A stretch of DNA of 59,888 nucleotides, the filler included, from Basidiobolus ranarum (lineage: Eukaryota), in NCBI GenBank assembly GCA_040143965.1. It is 2 parts of 2 records of this genome, joined end to end, with 100 filler letters (N's around TTAATTAATTAA, not from the genome) between each part and the next. Parts side by side here need not be neighbours in the genome. Positions count along the whole stretch, not along the records: positions 30,034 to 59,888 come from JASJQH010006978.1; 1 more part is not named here. One strand, given 5' to 3'. The first letter of the stretch is position 1; each line of letters begins with the position of its first letter. The notes under the pieces are model-generated. The model was not told the DNA's origin. It was given only the letters and a program-made list of their open reading frames with translations, and searched no databases. Shown piece after piece: positions 33,431 to 48,169 of this stretch. The translations under genes and the position numbers were made by a program.

Positions 33431-35719
33431 TCAAGACCCAACTGATGTTACTATGACTGAATCCTTACTAAATTCGGCGCATGGTGGGCTCAGTAATTCT
33501 TTCTTGAGTGCTTTACGAGAGCGGAATTTTTTGCCGTTAGTTTTGTTTACCAATCTATACAAACTGAAGAAAGCCAGAGAGATACATGCTACCCACAGAA
33601 CGAGCAACATGAGGATATTGCCTGCGATTGAGAATCCCCCATCCAACGAAAGAGCCTGTAGTTGCTGTTGACCAACAGATTGGCCGTGAATTACCAACCC
33701 ATCGAACTGATTCTTGGTTAGCGCAGCAAAAGAGTACTTGATAGGAGATATCCACTGAATCCAAGCAAAATAAGCGGGTGCTGATTTGTTGTTCACCAAC
33801 AGACCACCAAACATCATCAACGGCAATACTATGGCTGGAGTAATCGCTAGAGCTATCTGAAGTCTTTTGAATAATGAGCCCAAAAGGATACCTAGAGCCG
33901 CACCGCATAGAGCAACCAATATATTGACTATAACGTAAATGAAGAATTTACCCGCGTCAGCTTGGAACCCAATCATCCAGTAGGTAATGGAAGAAAATAT
34001 GATTGGCATGATAATATTGATTGGAAGCTCTACGATGATTTTCGAAAAGAAATAAGCGCTCAAGCCATAGTATCCACCACCATGCTCTCGTAAAAATACA
34101 TTTCTCTCGTCAGAAAAAACCGAGATGGTTGGCATAGCAGTGGAGAATAATTGATTCGTCCCAGCAAGAAACAGGGATCCCGCCATATCCTGCAACTGTG
34201 CCGATACCGAGTCTTTATTAGGGATCCTCAAGTAAATCAACCCCACTAAGAGAGCAAAGAAGATAGTTTGAAAGAGCTTGGCTCTGAGAATCAACTTGTT
34301 ACGCAGGGCATTTCTACCTGCACGCTTGAGTAGATATCGGAACTGCGTTGTAAAACTACTACGATATTTGAACATTTTGGAGGTAATGGGAACTAAAAGT
34401 GGTTGATTTGTGGCCTCTTCAACCTCCTCAGCTAACGAGGAAGTCTTCCATGCATGAAGCACGCTTTCCAAGCGAGAAGCCTCCCCCTTCTCAGCTATTT
34501 CCCTTGCCTCAGCACTCTCATTAGCTTCGGGGTCAAACCGAAAGAGTACGTTCATGAAAATAAAATCGGCTGGATTGGTGTACAACGGACATGAGTACCC
34601 AATAGAGCCATAATATTCAACGGCTTTATTGGTTTCCCCAGAAAAAGTAATCTAAACAAACATCATTAATGAAATCCAACGAAAGCTTCATGTGTTCTGC
34701 TATACCTGGCCATCCTTTACGATCATCACGTCGTCAAACATGTGGAAGATTTCCGAGGAGGGTTGATGCATTACTGCAACTACCGTGCGCCCGCTCTTTG
34801 CTAATACCTTCAACGTATGTACTACCATGATAGCAGTATAGGCATCCTAAGACAAATTTCAGAACTAGGCCTGACAACTAGGAAGCACGAGAAAACCTAC
34901 CAATCCTGAAGTGGGCTCATCCAAGAACAGAATGGATGGATCAGTGACCATTTCCATAGCAATAGCAACACGCTTTCTCTCTCCGCCTTACCAAGTATTG
35001 GTGAGTTAGAAATTAGAAATATACAAGAGATTGAAGCATCACTGGTTACCTGAGACGCCCGTCCTGGTAGCGGTACCAATGATGGTATCGACAGCATTTT
35101 CGAGTTGAAGTAGTGATAGAACCTCGTCTAATTTATCATTTGCGGACGCATCGTCCATGTTCGGTATTCGGAGTTTAATGGACATGAGGATAGCCTCACG
35201 TACGGTCATTGTACCCAGAATCAAGTCATCTTGGAACACGAAGCCCGAAACCAATCGTATGGCTGAGCCGCTGACCTTTCTGCCGTTTGCGTAAAGTTTT
35301 CCACCTACTTTTCCACTTGAAGTAGCGCCAGCCTGATAATCTGGGTAAATGTGACTGAATAGTCCTACATATACGAATAGATATACTCACCAATACGTTG
35401 AGCAGACTGGTTTTTCCAGAGCCACTTGGTCTAATTGAGAAAGTAAACGCGAATATCATGAACAACATGCAAGTAAAACGAAACATTCAATATGATCACC
35501 ATACCCCAAGATAGCGGTCAAACGACCAGGTTGAAAGGTGGCAGTCAATCCCTTCAGAATGAGTTTCTCTTTGGTGGGATTTTTGGCAAATAAAGATTTC
35601 TTTTTGTCGCCTGATGGGATTTGAACAGAGTAAGTGAGATCTTTAAAGGTGATTTGTATGGGCTCAGCGAGAGTCTTCTTAGTCATTGCAATCGCACATT
35701 CTTCCTGAGCTTTCTCCAT
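33431..35719 (-). CDS. ABCG (White-like) half-size ABC transporter, 7 exons
   Basis: Walker [18 protein letters not shown]-loop GFVFQDD; signature [15 protein letters not shown]; Walker [17 protein letters not shown]-terminal six-helix TMD ([21 protein letters not shown]). Confidence 0.95.
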
Positions 35720-35986
35720 TAGAGAGAGTGATAGGAAATGAGAAGTTAGTTACAGAGGAATGGTGTATAATATTCAATGTGGGGGAGTGTGGAGGGAGTT
35801 CCTTTTTATAAGTTCCGCGTGAGTAAGGACCCAATAAGGGATTTCTTTTCGCTCATCTCTGCCATCATGATTTCGGTAGTACATGCTCTATTTGTATATG
35901 TCAATGTCTTACCTCAAGCTCAATGTAGATTCGAACTTTTCGGATAAAAGGCCATTCTTTCTGTATAACCACAAAGTAACCTCTGA

Positions 35987-36076
35987 TTAGGGTTAGGGTT
36001 AAGTCTGATTGAATTTACACTCTAGACCATTAGGGTTAAGTCTGATTGAATTTACACTCTAGACCATTAGGGTTAG
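35987..36076 (+). repeat. 37-bp tandem repeat headed by telomeric TTAGGG
   Basis: TTAGGG at 35987, then unit TTAGGGTTAAGTCTGATTGAATTTACACTCTAGACCA at 35993-36029 and 36030-36066 (identical), then TTAGGGTTAG at 36067. Confidence 0.9.
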
Positions 36077-36704
36077 TATTCCTGCTGTTATTGTGCATCT
36101 GCTTTCTCGATCATCACCTCACTTGATATATTTCCGTTTGGCGATTTCTGCGCCACCGAGTACATAGATGGGAAAGTAAGTTAATCTTAATCGTGACTCG
36201 TTAAATTCTTAGCAATCAAGGCTATTTATATTCCTCTCAACGTGTTGACTTATTTATATTTACCATTGCATAGACTCTTTGCTAATCAAGTAGATTTCCT
36301 TTTTGAATGTAATTCTTTGCAGGATGACCAATATGTTCAAATACGGATTCAGCCTCTTTTATTAGCTCCTTAAATTTTGAGCAATCCTGATACTGTTTAA
36401 TCCATTTCAACCTGTAAGTCTTCCCTTTTCTCCCCTCAGAGTAAAATCCTTAGTTGGTGCGGTGTCACCGTTATTCTTTATGACTATAATTGACAACAAA
36501 CACTCCGACTTGTACTGAATTACTCGTTTTTCACCAACTTCAACCACTCTCATTTGACATACTATTAATCTAAACCCTGCTACTTCAAGAGTCTATCTAT
36601 TCAACTATCTTTAATTAAGTGATTGTATATCGTATTTCTCTACATATCGACTTTATTCGCCAACTCAACTTCTACCTGCAACTCCTTATCTGGATTCGAC
36701 CAGA

Positions 36705-38411
36705 ATGGCTCACCATTATCGTTCTGGGGGCTCTCTTCCATCCTACCCTTCGCCAACAGTTGTAGGGGTGCATTTTAGAGTGGGAAAGAAAATTGGTGAA
36801 GGCAGCTTTGGTGTTATCTATGAGGGTACGTTTTCTTTGATCTCTACTTTCAGTATATGTATCCAGCGTTGTTTTGGTTGAACTTGTTTTAAAAGTCTTT
36901 TTTTAAATAGGGGTGAACCTCATCAATAATCAACCTATCGCCATTAAATTTGTATCTTTTTTGACGGTTTAATAGTTTACTGTATATAGTTTATTTGAAA
37001 TGCATGTCATCTATTCCTTAATTCAAACAACCCACTGTAAGGAACCACGTAAAACGGACGCTCCACAACTTCGTGATGAATTTCGAACCTATAAAATCCT
37101 GGCGGGAACTCGTAAGTTCATTTTTGATTGTTTAGAAGACTAAATACACATAACTTATCACAGTCACCCTAAATCATATGTTAATAGCGGGAATTCCTTC
37201 AGTACATTACTTTGGGCAAGAGGGAATGCACAACGTTCTCGTAATAGATCTCTTGGGACATAGCTTGGAAGATCTATTTGATATCTGTCGAAGAAAATTT
37301 AGTGTCAAAACTGTCGCAATTCTTGCGAAGCAGATGGTATGCCATCTCCCTATGATATGAGTATTCTATTGGAAACTTACTAGATACATGATGTAGATCA
37401 CTCGAGTTCAAGCTGTCCATGATCATAATCTCATCTACCGTGATATTAAACCTGACAACTTTCTTGTTGGTAGACCACACACGAAATATGCTAATTTTGT
37501 ATATATGGTTGATTTCGGTATGGCCAAAATATATCGTGACCCCAAAACTATGCAACATATACCGTACAGAGAGAAGAAAAGTCTGAGTGGAACTGCTCGG
37601 TACATGAGCGTGAATACACACTTAGGACGAGGTTAATATTGAACTCAGTGGATGTGCATTCTCGAATACTAATCTCTGATAATCTTTACAGAACAATCAC
37701 GGCGAGATGATTTAGAGTCGCTTGGGCATGTTTTCATGTACTTTCTTCGTGGGTCACTTCCTTGGCAAGGCCTTAAAGCGGCTACCAATAAACAAAAATA
37801 CGAAAAGATTGGGGAGAAGAAGCAAACTACACCAGTAAAAGAACTTTGTGAAGGGTTTCCTGGTTCGTTGATTTTATGAATACTGATTGGTGATTTCCCC
37901 CACAAATCTAACATTCTCTATAGAGGAATTTGGTACTTACCTAACCTACGCTCGTAAGCTTGGATTTGAGGAAACTCCAGATTATGATTACCTGCGTGGC
38001 TTGTTTGATCATGTTCTCCAAAACATCGGGGATCAAAACGATGATACGTGCGATTGGATGTTAGTAGATAATCGAGGCCGACTTGAGAGCCATGAACAAA
38101 AATTACGTCCAACAGATGTGACTCGACTTAACACTGCTAGAGGTACTACATCTCAACGGCAGAGCGATCGCTATTGGCAAGGGAACCTTGAAGCGTCTCG
38201 TACTTCACACCAGCACAGCTCCTCGCACCCTAGTCGCACTAGAGTCAACCCTTCGGCCAATCAACAATATATTCACGCCAATCACAAGTATTCTGGCAGA
38301 GTGGAGAGTGGCCATCCTCGTATGCAAAGCACAGTTCCCCCTTTAACGAACAAAAAAGGATTCTGGGAGAAGATTGGGGAACTTTTATTGTGTAGATCTT
38401 GTACTAGCTAG
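36705..38411 (+). CDS. Casein kinase I (Yck/CK1-gamma type, C-terminal Cys for palmitoylation), 7 exons
   Basis: [83 protein letters not shown]; ends LLCRSCTS. Confidence 0.96.
36952..37041 (+). other. Candidate U12-type (minor spliceosome) GT-AG intron in CK1
   Basis: 5'SS GTATCTTTT; branch site TTCCTTAAT 37014-37022; no polypyrimidine tract. Removal restores AIKF|EP. Confidence 0.7.
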
Positions 38412-38891
38412 GTTGATTTTTTAAGTTTATTTGTGGTCCACTTTCACTTCTTACAATAATTCATTCATTTTCATTGGATCAATTGACCATTTTATGACTT
38501 TGTGAACTCCCTTTCTCTCTCTCCAACCATAAACTACTACCACCGGTTTCCCTATTCTTCGTTTAAATACTCCCTTATTTTATATAATACTTCCCTCACT
38601 CCTATATGTAGCATGTATACATACAATGAATTTGATATATATATTAGAAGTAACGTATCTACTCTTCACATGTCAAGTATGAGTCTTTGAATAAATAGCA
38701 ATGATCAAGCCATATCTCCTCAGGAAGGGTGACAGTGTAAGTGTGAGTGTAAGTGTAAGAGGGGATGCTTACAATAATATAAGATGAAAGAAAAGAAAAT
38801 CCATCGAATTTCTTCAATCCATCCCAAAATAGATGGGATATCCATCTTTTCCCAACTCATATCGAGTGAACGTAGTTGTAGTGTTGAATCC

Positions 38892-40309
<1,418 letters not shown>

Positions 40310-40517
40310 ATTTCAATATCGGTATTTCCCTCACTTTTGCATGCATGGCATGGAAATGATGCATGGATAGGATTGTATGAGTGGTTCTTACTTCATTCAT
40401 TGATTTATGGTCTATACTTTACAAAAGTAAATAGAAGATAGGGGGTTTTTTTCAATGGAATGTTGATATTTTAGTGGTGGAAATAATAATTAACTAAATA
40501 CATAGAGATACATGTTT

Positions 40518-41978
40518 CTATACTTTAGCTAATCCTACTAACCAAAGAAACCCAACGACCCAGCAGGTCAAAGCTGGTGCTGCTAGAACGTAAGCGTAGA
40601 GTAACAATTGAGCGGTTTGATCCTCCAGGTATCCCTCCGTTTGGCATATATTTATCAAATTAATGGCAGTAGGGCTACTTCCTAGTATCATCATTGTTAG
40701 AAGGAACAATGGATCTTCACCTAAACTGAACAGGCGTCGAGTAGCCATCACTATACCGGCCGCTACTAATGGCATCATCAAGAGTCGCACTGCCAATACA
40801 TACATAATAGATCTTTTTATCTTTTGTCCTTTTCCGAACAATCCATTCAGCTGTGCTCCCAAGCAGAGCAATATTAGCGGTATAGAAGAATTACCAGTGG
40901 CGTCAAGTGCACGAGTTAACGGTCTTAATATGGGATTCTCTCCAAATAACGCCTCTCTTACTGGATTGATTAATCCCACGATCAACCCTACGAAGGTAGC
41001 AATGAGTGGTGGATTTAATCTTTTGTTTATGGCGCCCAGGATCTTCTTGAATTTATCCCAACTAGATTTTTGTTGCGACTCCAAAACGGCGACTGAATCA
41101 AGTTCTAACTGATCGGTATCATGTTTACCAGCCAATTCTACTACTGTCACATCCGAATCCAACTCTTTAGTAGAATAACGAAACGTTGATTGTACGGTTT
41201 TTTCTTCAGTTGCAGTGTCAGATATCTCAACAACTTTCACAATTTCTGGCTCTTCTTTCAACTCTTTAGGTTTCTTCAACAGTTTTATACCATAACTGAA
41301 TCGAAGGAAGTTCCCCAAGATAGCAAACACGACGATATAAGAGATCCCTCTGAGTGAAGAAAGTGTGAATTTCTAAAAATCAGAAATGAATATTCTCCTC
41401 TTTCTTACCTAGCCTCGATTTGTTGAGATGTTTCATTACCATGCCACTGGAGTAGAACGGCAGCTGAACTTCCGGCTAGACTTTGAATCAACGGAATAGG
41501 AAGACTGTTTGTATTTGGAAACATAGTAGCAGCTTGAGAAAAGTTCCTTTCTTCCTTACTAAACTTGAAGATGAAAGAGGAAATATAGGTGATAACTACG
41601 GTAGCTATCGTGAACACAAGAGAATAGACTGGGATGGGCCAATACTCCACCAATATAGATGGTGATATACTAGAAGCCACATTCACAAATAGTAAGCATG
41701 GAGTTAAAAAATTCAAATTTAATGCTGAGAGAAACTACAAATGCAACCGAAAGATTAGAGATAAATTCATGGTTTAGTATGAGTGTTATTCTGGTTGAAC
41801 CTTTTGATATGAAGGAGTTAACCATCCGTGCCTGCACAATAAAACTCCCGCTCCACAAGTGATAGCGATTTGTATGATGGCCTGTGGTAAAGCAATCAGT
41901 GAAATGGGACTTAAAGAAAGTCCATGTGATTAAAGCATCTACCTCGCTACTGGCTCTCACAAGTTTAAGCACATCCAT
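40518..41978 (-). CDS. Auxin efflux carrier (AEC/Mem_trans, PILS/ECM3-like) membrane transporter, 4 exons
   Basis: MDVLKLVRASSE|AIIQIAITCGAGVLL; LNLNFLTPCLLFVNV; FPNTNSLPIPLIQSL; R|GISYIVVFAILGNFLRFSYG; NPPLIA; SIPLILLCLGAQL; SPTAINL. Confidence 0.9.
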
Positions 41979-44900
41979 GGACTGGTATCTCAATGATAAA
42001 AAGAAAGATTAACCTTGTGAGAGAGATAATGTTTAAGCTTTGGGAATACCTTAGACGGCCGTTGTGTGCTTTTATTTATACGCTTCTGAGGTAGCGGGTG
42101 GGTTTTCATGCAATGCTGTATGAGATCTCAAATCAAATAGTCCTAAAGAATTGTATCAGGCAGGAAGCTGCAGTTGAAATTCCTCATCCATATGATGTCC
42201 AAGAAACCGGGTGAGAAGCCCCGTACCCTGATTGCCATGGGGATTTACCACTTCACCAATCTGTGCATTCAATAAAGAGAGGTTTGTATTACATCATTGG
42301 TAGTGGAACCTAAGAGTGAGAAAGGATCTTCTGCTCATTTCATTGTCTATAGGCAAAAGGAGTTGAACGGAGTCTCGTCTTGCTGATGTTGGTCTTTGAT
42401 CAAGAGCCCTGGAGCTATCGGAGGTGAGTTAATCCGAAGGAACATTTCAATGACCCTTTATTTTGGTACATGGAATTCTATCGCCACTTGATGGAGTGAA
42501 TTCACCAACGTATACCACTCTGCAGTTGGACACATGTTGTAATGTCTGGGAAGGAGGATTGTTTGTATCAGTTATTTTCCTAGCGAATACCCAGTAAATC
42601 CACTTATTTATCGTTAGTTGTATATTAGGATATACTCTGAGCCCTCAATCAATACCTCGTAGATATACAATTCGGAAGTTTCATCTGAATGTGGGTATCC
42701 AAAACACAAAAAGTCGTTCACCAGACTCTAGAGTATTGAGCTTTCCGGCTAATAATGTTTCCTTTATGATCTTGAGCTGCATCATAATACCCAACATCCC
42801 TTGGAATAAAGGAGCAATGAAATGTACATGCTACGATAACTCGAGAATCACAAAACTGCCCAATATATCCATACCATATGCCTATATTGTGGTTTGCAAG
42901 TGTCAAGCGTATGGGTGGTATAGACCCCAGTAGCCATGCAGCAGATTACTTTTTATCGGGGATTAGGTGAAGATCATAACAAATTCATTGTCCCTCATTT
43001 TGACTCTTGTCATCATCGCTGCTAGTCCTGCTTCTCATGTGCTTAGCCTATGTCACTTCATTTTTGGCAAGAAAATCAAACATTGAGTCGAGTTGAAGCA
43101 ATGTACGGTGTTCACCTATACATAGCATTTCATTTGTTTCATGGAAGGGGTAGATTTGGGTCTTGCAGACATGTAGAAAATGCCCACTGCCGTAACCTTA
43201 TGTACGCTTATCACAATTATCTGCGATGATACGAAACACAAGCACAAACACGAGCATCTTAATCGGAGATATTGATAATAAAGAGGAATCAGTCAGGATT
43301 AGGCGAGAAGATAGCAATAAATGAATGTGTAGTGATTAGATAATGCAGACTATTTATTACCATGAATGATTTACTGTTAGCAAGCAACGTGGGAGGATCT
43401 TGCCACACTCGTCTGGTACGATTCAAGTATTCTAGTCTGCTTGTTGGTGACTTTATGGCTCTCCTATTTTACGCTCCCCTACCTGAATTATTGACTTCGT
43501 CTAGATTTCATGGGTCTTTTCACTTATTAACAAAATTAGGACTGCTCTTGTGAAAACTCTAGAAACAAACAATATTCACGATCAGAACTGTTAGGATAAT
43601 ACATATAGAATTTGCAACAAAAAAGAGGGGTGAAATTAGCTAAACCTGACTATCTTTTGAGTTTAGAACTAGTTACGATTGTTATAAATGATTTGCATTG
43701 CAATGTATGAGAAAGTCATCATCAGGAATTGCACACATTAATAGCCCGCTCTAGAGCCTACAACCTGGTTACCATGGATTATTGGTTCGAGAACCTACTC
43801 GATCCTTGATTTGGAGAACGGAAGATTAACTGCCATAACATTTGAAGCGAAATCTCACCATACCGAATTTAGTTCCGATTAATCGATTATCGGGAACCCA
43901 ATTAGTATTCGTATTATATCATCGAAGAGCCCACTCAAATGCGTTAAATGATGTGAATACCCCAGCCAACTTAACTCATGCCAAATCTAAAATTGGCTTG
44001 ATTCAACCATGACCAGTGACTGCTTTGAAACATGGCTGAATCCAAAGAATGGTGAAGTGGATAAGTGGATCATTCCGGATATTGTGTGCAGGAACATATA
44101 TATATACGTTAGTAGCCAATGAATATATGCACCAAGCCACTCTAAACAGATAGATTATATGCGTAAATCAAATTACTAATGTTCTCTATATATGCTAACT
44201 CTACGAAGCCAAGAGAACTGGCTAGGCTTATTTTCACTAAACCGAGAAGTATTAACTTAACAAGTCCTTCACAATATATATAAATACAATCTGACACCCA
44301 TATATATGCAACCCGAGCCCTATGTATATGCCTTTCAACACCCATATACAACAATGTGGGGCTGGAGGAATGGTGTGTTGATTTTTAGCGAACCCTGCGA
44401 CGGATTGGTGATTGGCCAAGTGCTACATTGGTGATAGAAATTTGGAGAACCTGTTCCCAAATTGAGATAATTTGACTGAGACACTGTATATGATCGATAT
44501 TTGTAGAAAGATAACGAGGTGATTTGATTTAATAGAAAAAAAATGAACTTAAATTAACATGTCGCGTAAAAGTTATAATTGTATTAAGTTTTTCCTTAAA
44601 CTTTTGCCGTCTTATTATTTCTTCCTTTCTCTCCCCCACCCCCACCAATCGTGGGTGAATCAAATGAAATGAATATAAAATCAAAAAATCTCGGTAAGTT
44701 TCCTGTTCGATTTTTGTTGTGCCCCTTACATCCGTATCTTTATATCTCCTTCAGTTGGTCAGACAACTTCACTCCTTTTTTATTTTTAATATATATTCGG
44801 TCCGCTTCATTATTTTATTACTACTACTTTCTTTACATTTTGCTTTCATGAATAGTAGTGTTTCTCAAAGTATACTCTAGTTTTTTTTTGTAAAGAGGTA

Positions 44901-45247
44901 TCCCCTTTTATTCGCATCAACTTGATATCCATTGAAAGCCCAGTATTCATATTAATTCAGCTAATCTTCGCAAAGCCGTGAGCTTTTGGGACTAATAGTA
45001 CCCTTCTCAATTGCTACTGGACTTCATTTTTTGTTTTAATTCCTTTTCTTATCTTTAATATAATTTCTATTACTTTCCCGCTTCCTTATTTTCACTCTTT
45101 ACGTCAATTCTATACCCTAGTTGAGTTCCTATTTGGTGCTAGTAACGACAAATAAGCTGAACAAAAAAACTTCCGTAGTTCTTTTATTATCGGAGACTCG
45201 AAACATCAAATATCACAAAAAACCTCTTACCCAAAAAAATATATAAC

Positions 45248-47379
45248 ATGGCTGGCCCAACTAGTGAAGTTAATTCTCAATTCTCCAGGAATCGTGAGAG
45301 AGAACCTGTATCTGTAAGTGGTTGAAAAGTAGGGGAAAATACGCTTGATTTTTGCTAACGTATTGAGTATTTTAGCGGCTTCGAGCGTCAATTCAACGAC
45401 AAGGTCATAGGCTAAGTTTATTTGTCAACAAGCCGCTTACGCGGGAGCACTCCTTCAAAGTAGACCATTTTAATATGAATGTATTATTGTTAATTCTATG
45501 ACTGACTATCTTTCGTTTTACATACAGTCTACGAACCCCCCCTCTTCTACGGGTTATTACTCGAAACAAATAGGTGACTTATTGATGGCAGATGATTTCA
45601 AACTTCTAGTCGCCATATGTCAAACACCCATTGGAGGTGATTCAGCTGCACACTTTGCTAAATCAATAATTTCTTGGTTAAAGCAAGAAGACTCGAGCTG
45701 GCTTGAGCTTTTTCTTAAGCGTATCCTAAAGCAAAAAATGACGGAAAACTGTAAGGAAACACATACAATTATGTATATCCATGTGAATGGTTTCTAAATT
45801 TTCTATTTGTTTTTATAGATGCCAAAGGATTTGATGCCAGTGATACATTACGGGAAAATTGTATGACCACAAAGTTGATGAACTCATTTCTGTGGTACGA
45901 GGGGCAGGATTATTTAGTAGATTCGTTACATCGCACGATATTGTCAATCCATTCCTTCGCATTGAACTGTGAAATAGATGGATTTCGCCTAGGCAGAGAG
46001 TACTCTTCAGAAGAAATCGAAGAGCACAAGGACTACCTGGAAAAGGCGTGTGTTATGCTACTAGCCTCTATGGTTGGAAACCAACATAAAATGCCTGCTT
46101 CATTTCGTCGTCTATGCCATTTCATGAAGACCGAGATTGAAAATACTTGGGGTCCAATGGCAGCCAAACCCAGAACAGAATCAGATGAGCTGAAATCCAA
46201 TCGTACGTCCATAGCAATGGGGAACTACTGGAAAAGGCTATCTAGTGAAATAGCTACCTCCATCTCGAAAACCGGTAATTATATGATGTATCCTTCGAAA
46301 GGAGATGAGTTGGACCAAAAGCGTCCAAGATCAGAAATATATTACTCGACCGGTAAAGAGAACAAATTCTCCAGAAATTCTGGATCTTGGAAACAGGATG
46401 CAATGATGTCTGCCTCCGAGAAAGCGGTTGGTAGCCTCTTATTCCTGCGATTCTTCATACCAGGTAAGAAACCATGTGTAGTATTGTGATTTGGCAGTAT
46501 CAAATAAGATTCACTTACCCATGTCTCTATAGCAATTATATCCCCCGATCATTATAGTTTGGTTAATGAAAGTGTCACGCCGGAAGAGCGTCGAGGATTT
46601 CTACTGTGTGCCAAGGTTCTTACCGGAATGTGCAACAATGTGGACTTTGGAAAGAAAGAGGCATATATTCGAATTATGAACCCATTTATCCATGAGTATC
46701 GTGCGATGATAAAGTCCTTTGTGAAGTTTGCATCCGCCAGCTCGTTGGTTTGTATTTTCTATATATCAATGACCCCATCCTCTTGTGGTATCCTAATGGC
46801 TTTCCTTTCTCTATTAGGGAGGTAATCGGAAACGGCCTGATCTGGAAGAAATCCAAGGAGCTAGCAATCCAGGCCTTTCAAAAATTGGTGCTAGTGAAGA
46901 AATGATCGATTTCCTATCCTCAAACATGTCAAAAATTGAAAAAGATCTACAAGCGGCAGCGCAACTCTTCTGCACAAATGAGGCTAATGTATGTTTTAGG
47001 ATTTGCATTATTGTTCCAAGGCTGTTAATAACGTAATGACATTATAATGTAGCATATTTTGAGTACTTTGGCTTCTTTGAAGATGCTTGTAGCCGAGAGT
47101 GTGAGGGAGCGTCAGAGTGAACAGGCGGCCAAACAACCTGCTTCTCAGCCTAGCTCTATGTACCGACTGATTCGTAAATTTGGATTTTTTCAATCGAAAC
47201 CCAAGACTGAAGAACTAAGCAAAGGTAAGCCTAGAGAATATACTCACCCACCCTCCACCCTCCTTGCTGACTGTTTTTTGCTCGTTGTAGACAATCGAAT
47301 TGATGAATATGTAGCACCTAAAATAACCCAGCGTGCTTCACCTTCAATCGCCAGTCAACGGTACACGAGTTGGACTTAA
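45248..47379 (+). CDS. Ras GTPase-activating protein (RasGAP domain), ~8 exons
   Basis: Arginine-finger segment DTLRENCMTTKLM; EID; LLFLRFFIP|AIISPD (FLR motif); RRGFLLCAKVLTGMCNNVDFGKKEAYIRIMNPFI. Confidence 0.85.
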
Positions 47380-48169
47380 CCACTTGTCAACTCACTTTTA
47401 CCATCTCATGATTCTCACCTTGATCCATAAGAACAGTTTTTAGCCAATCGTTACATTGATAAATCACCCAATTATCACACTTTCATTGATTTTCTTTTGG
47501 AGTTATTATTGATGTCTCTAAACCCACTTGCCCCTTGATGTTTACTTGATTGTTTGGTGACACGAGACAACGCAAGTAATTATCGAATCAAAGTTCAATA
47601 ATAAGAGCATTCTTGTAGTTTAGCAAGTTATGTAAAATTGCTGTTTAACCTTCTATGGCGTTCCCTTCCCTAATCAGAAGATTAATATTACCAAAACGAA
47701 TCCACTGGCAAACACACTAACCCTGGGTAAGTATCTATTGAAATGAATGTAGTGGAATCCAATGGATAATTACTATTGTGAATAAATTGCATAGCTCTAA
47801 CTAACCTTGTCAGGTTAATCGGTTTCTTTCAATTAATCGCTTGGAACAATACACTTTGATGTCCTAAGGGTACCATTCGAGGTCAATAGCATCTTCAAAG
47901 AGCGGGGGTTTGAACAGTGAGACTTGATCACAGTTGGAGCCAAGCTAATGCCAAAAAAAGAGAAGTGTTAATGGCTGTATTACAATATTACTGGAGATTT
48001 TTCAATCTTTTCAGATCAGAGTCATTGATTGGATGAAATGGTAGATTGATTTGACAATTTGGGTGAGGAAAGTTTACTGAAAAGTAATGGAACTTTACAA
48101 TTCGCTTTTCTTTCCTTTATTTTCTGGCTTTTGGCTGTACCTCCCCTTTTTCCTCAAATAACAGATTGT

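Noticed and set aside
42205-42245. TPP-riboswitch-like fragment (TGAGAA...TACCC-TGA)
   Set aside because: It lacks the downstream GAACCTGAT...TAATACC..CG core and is not in a thiamine gene.
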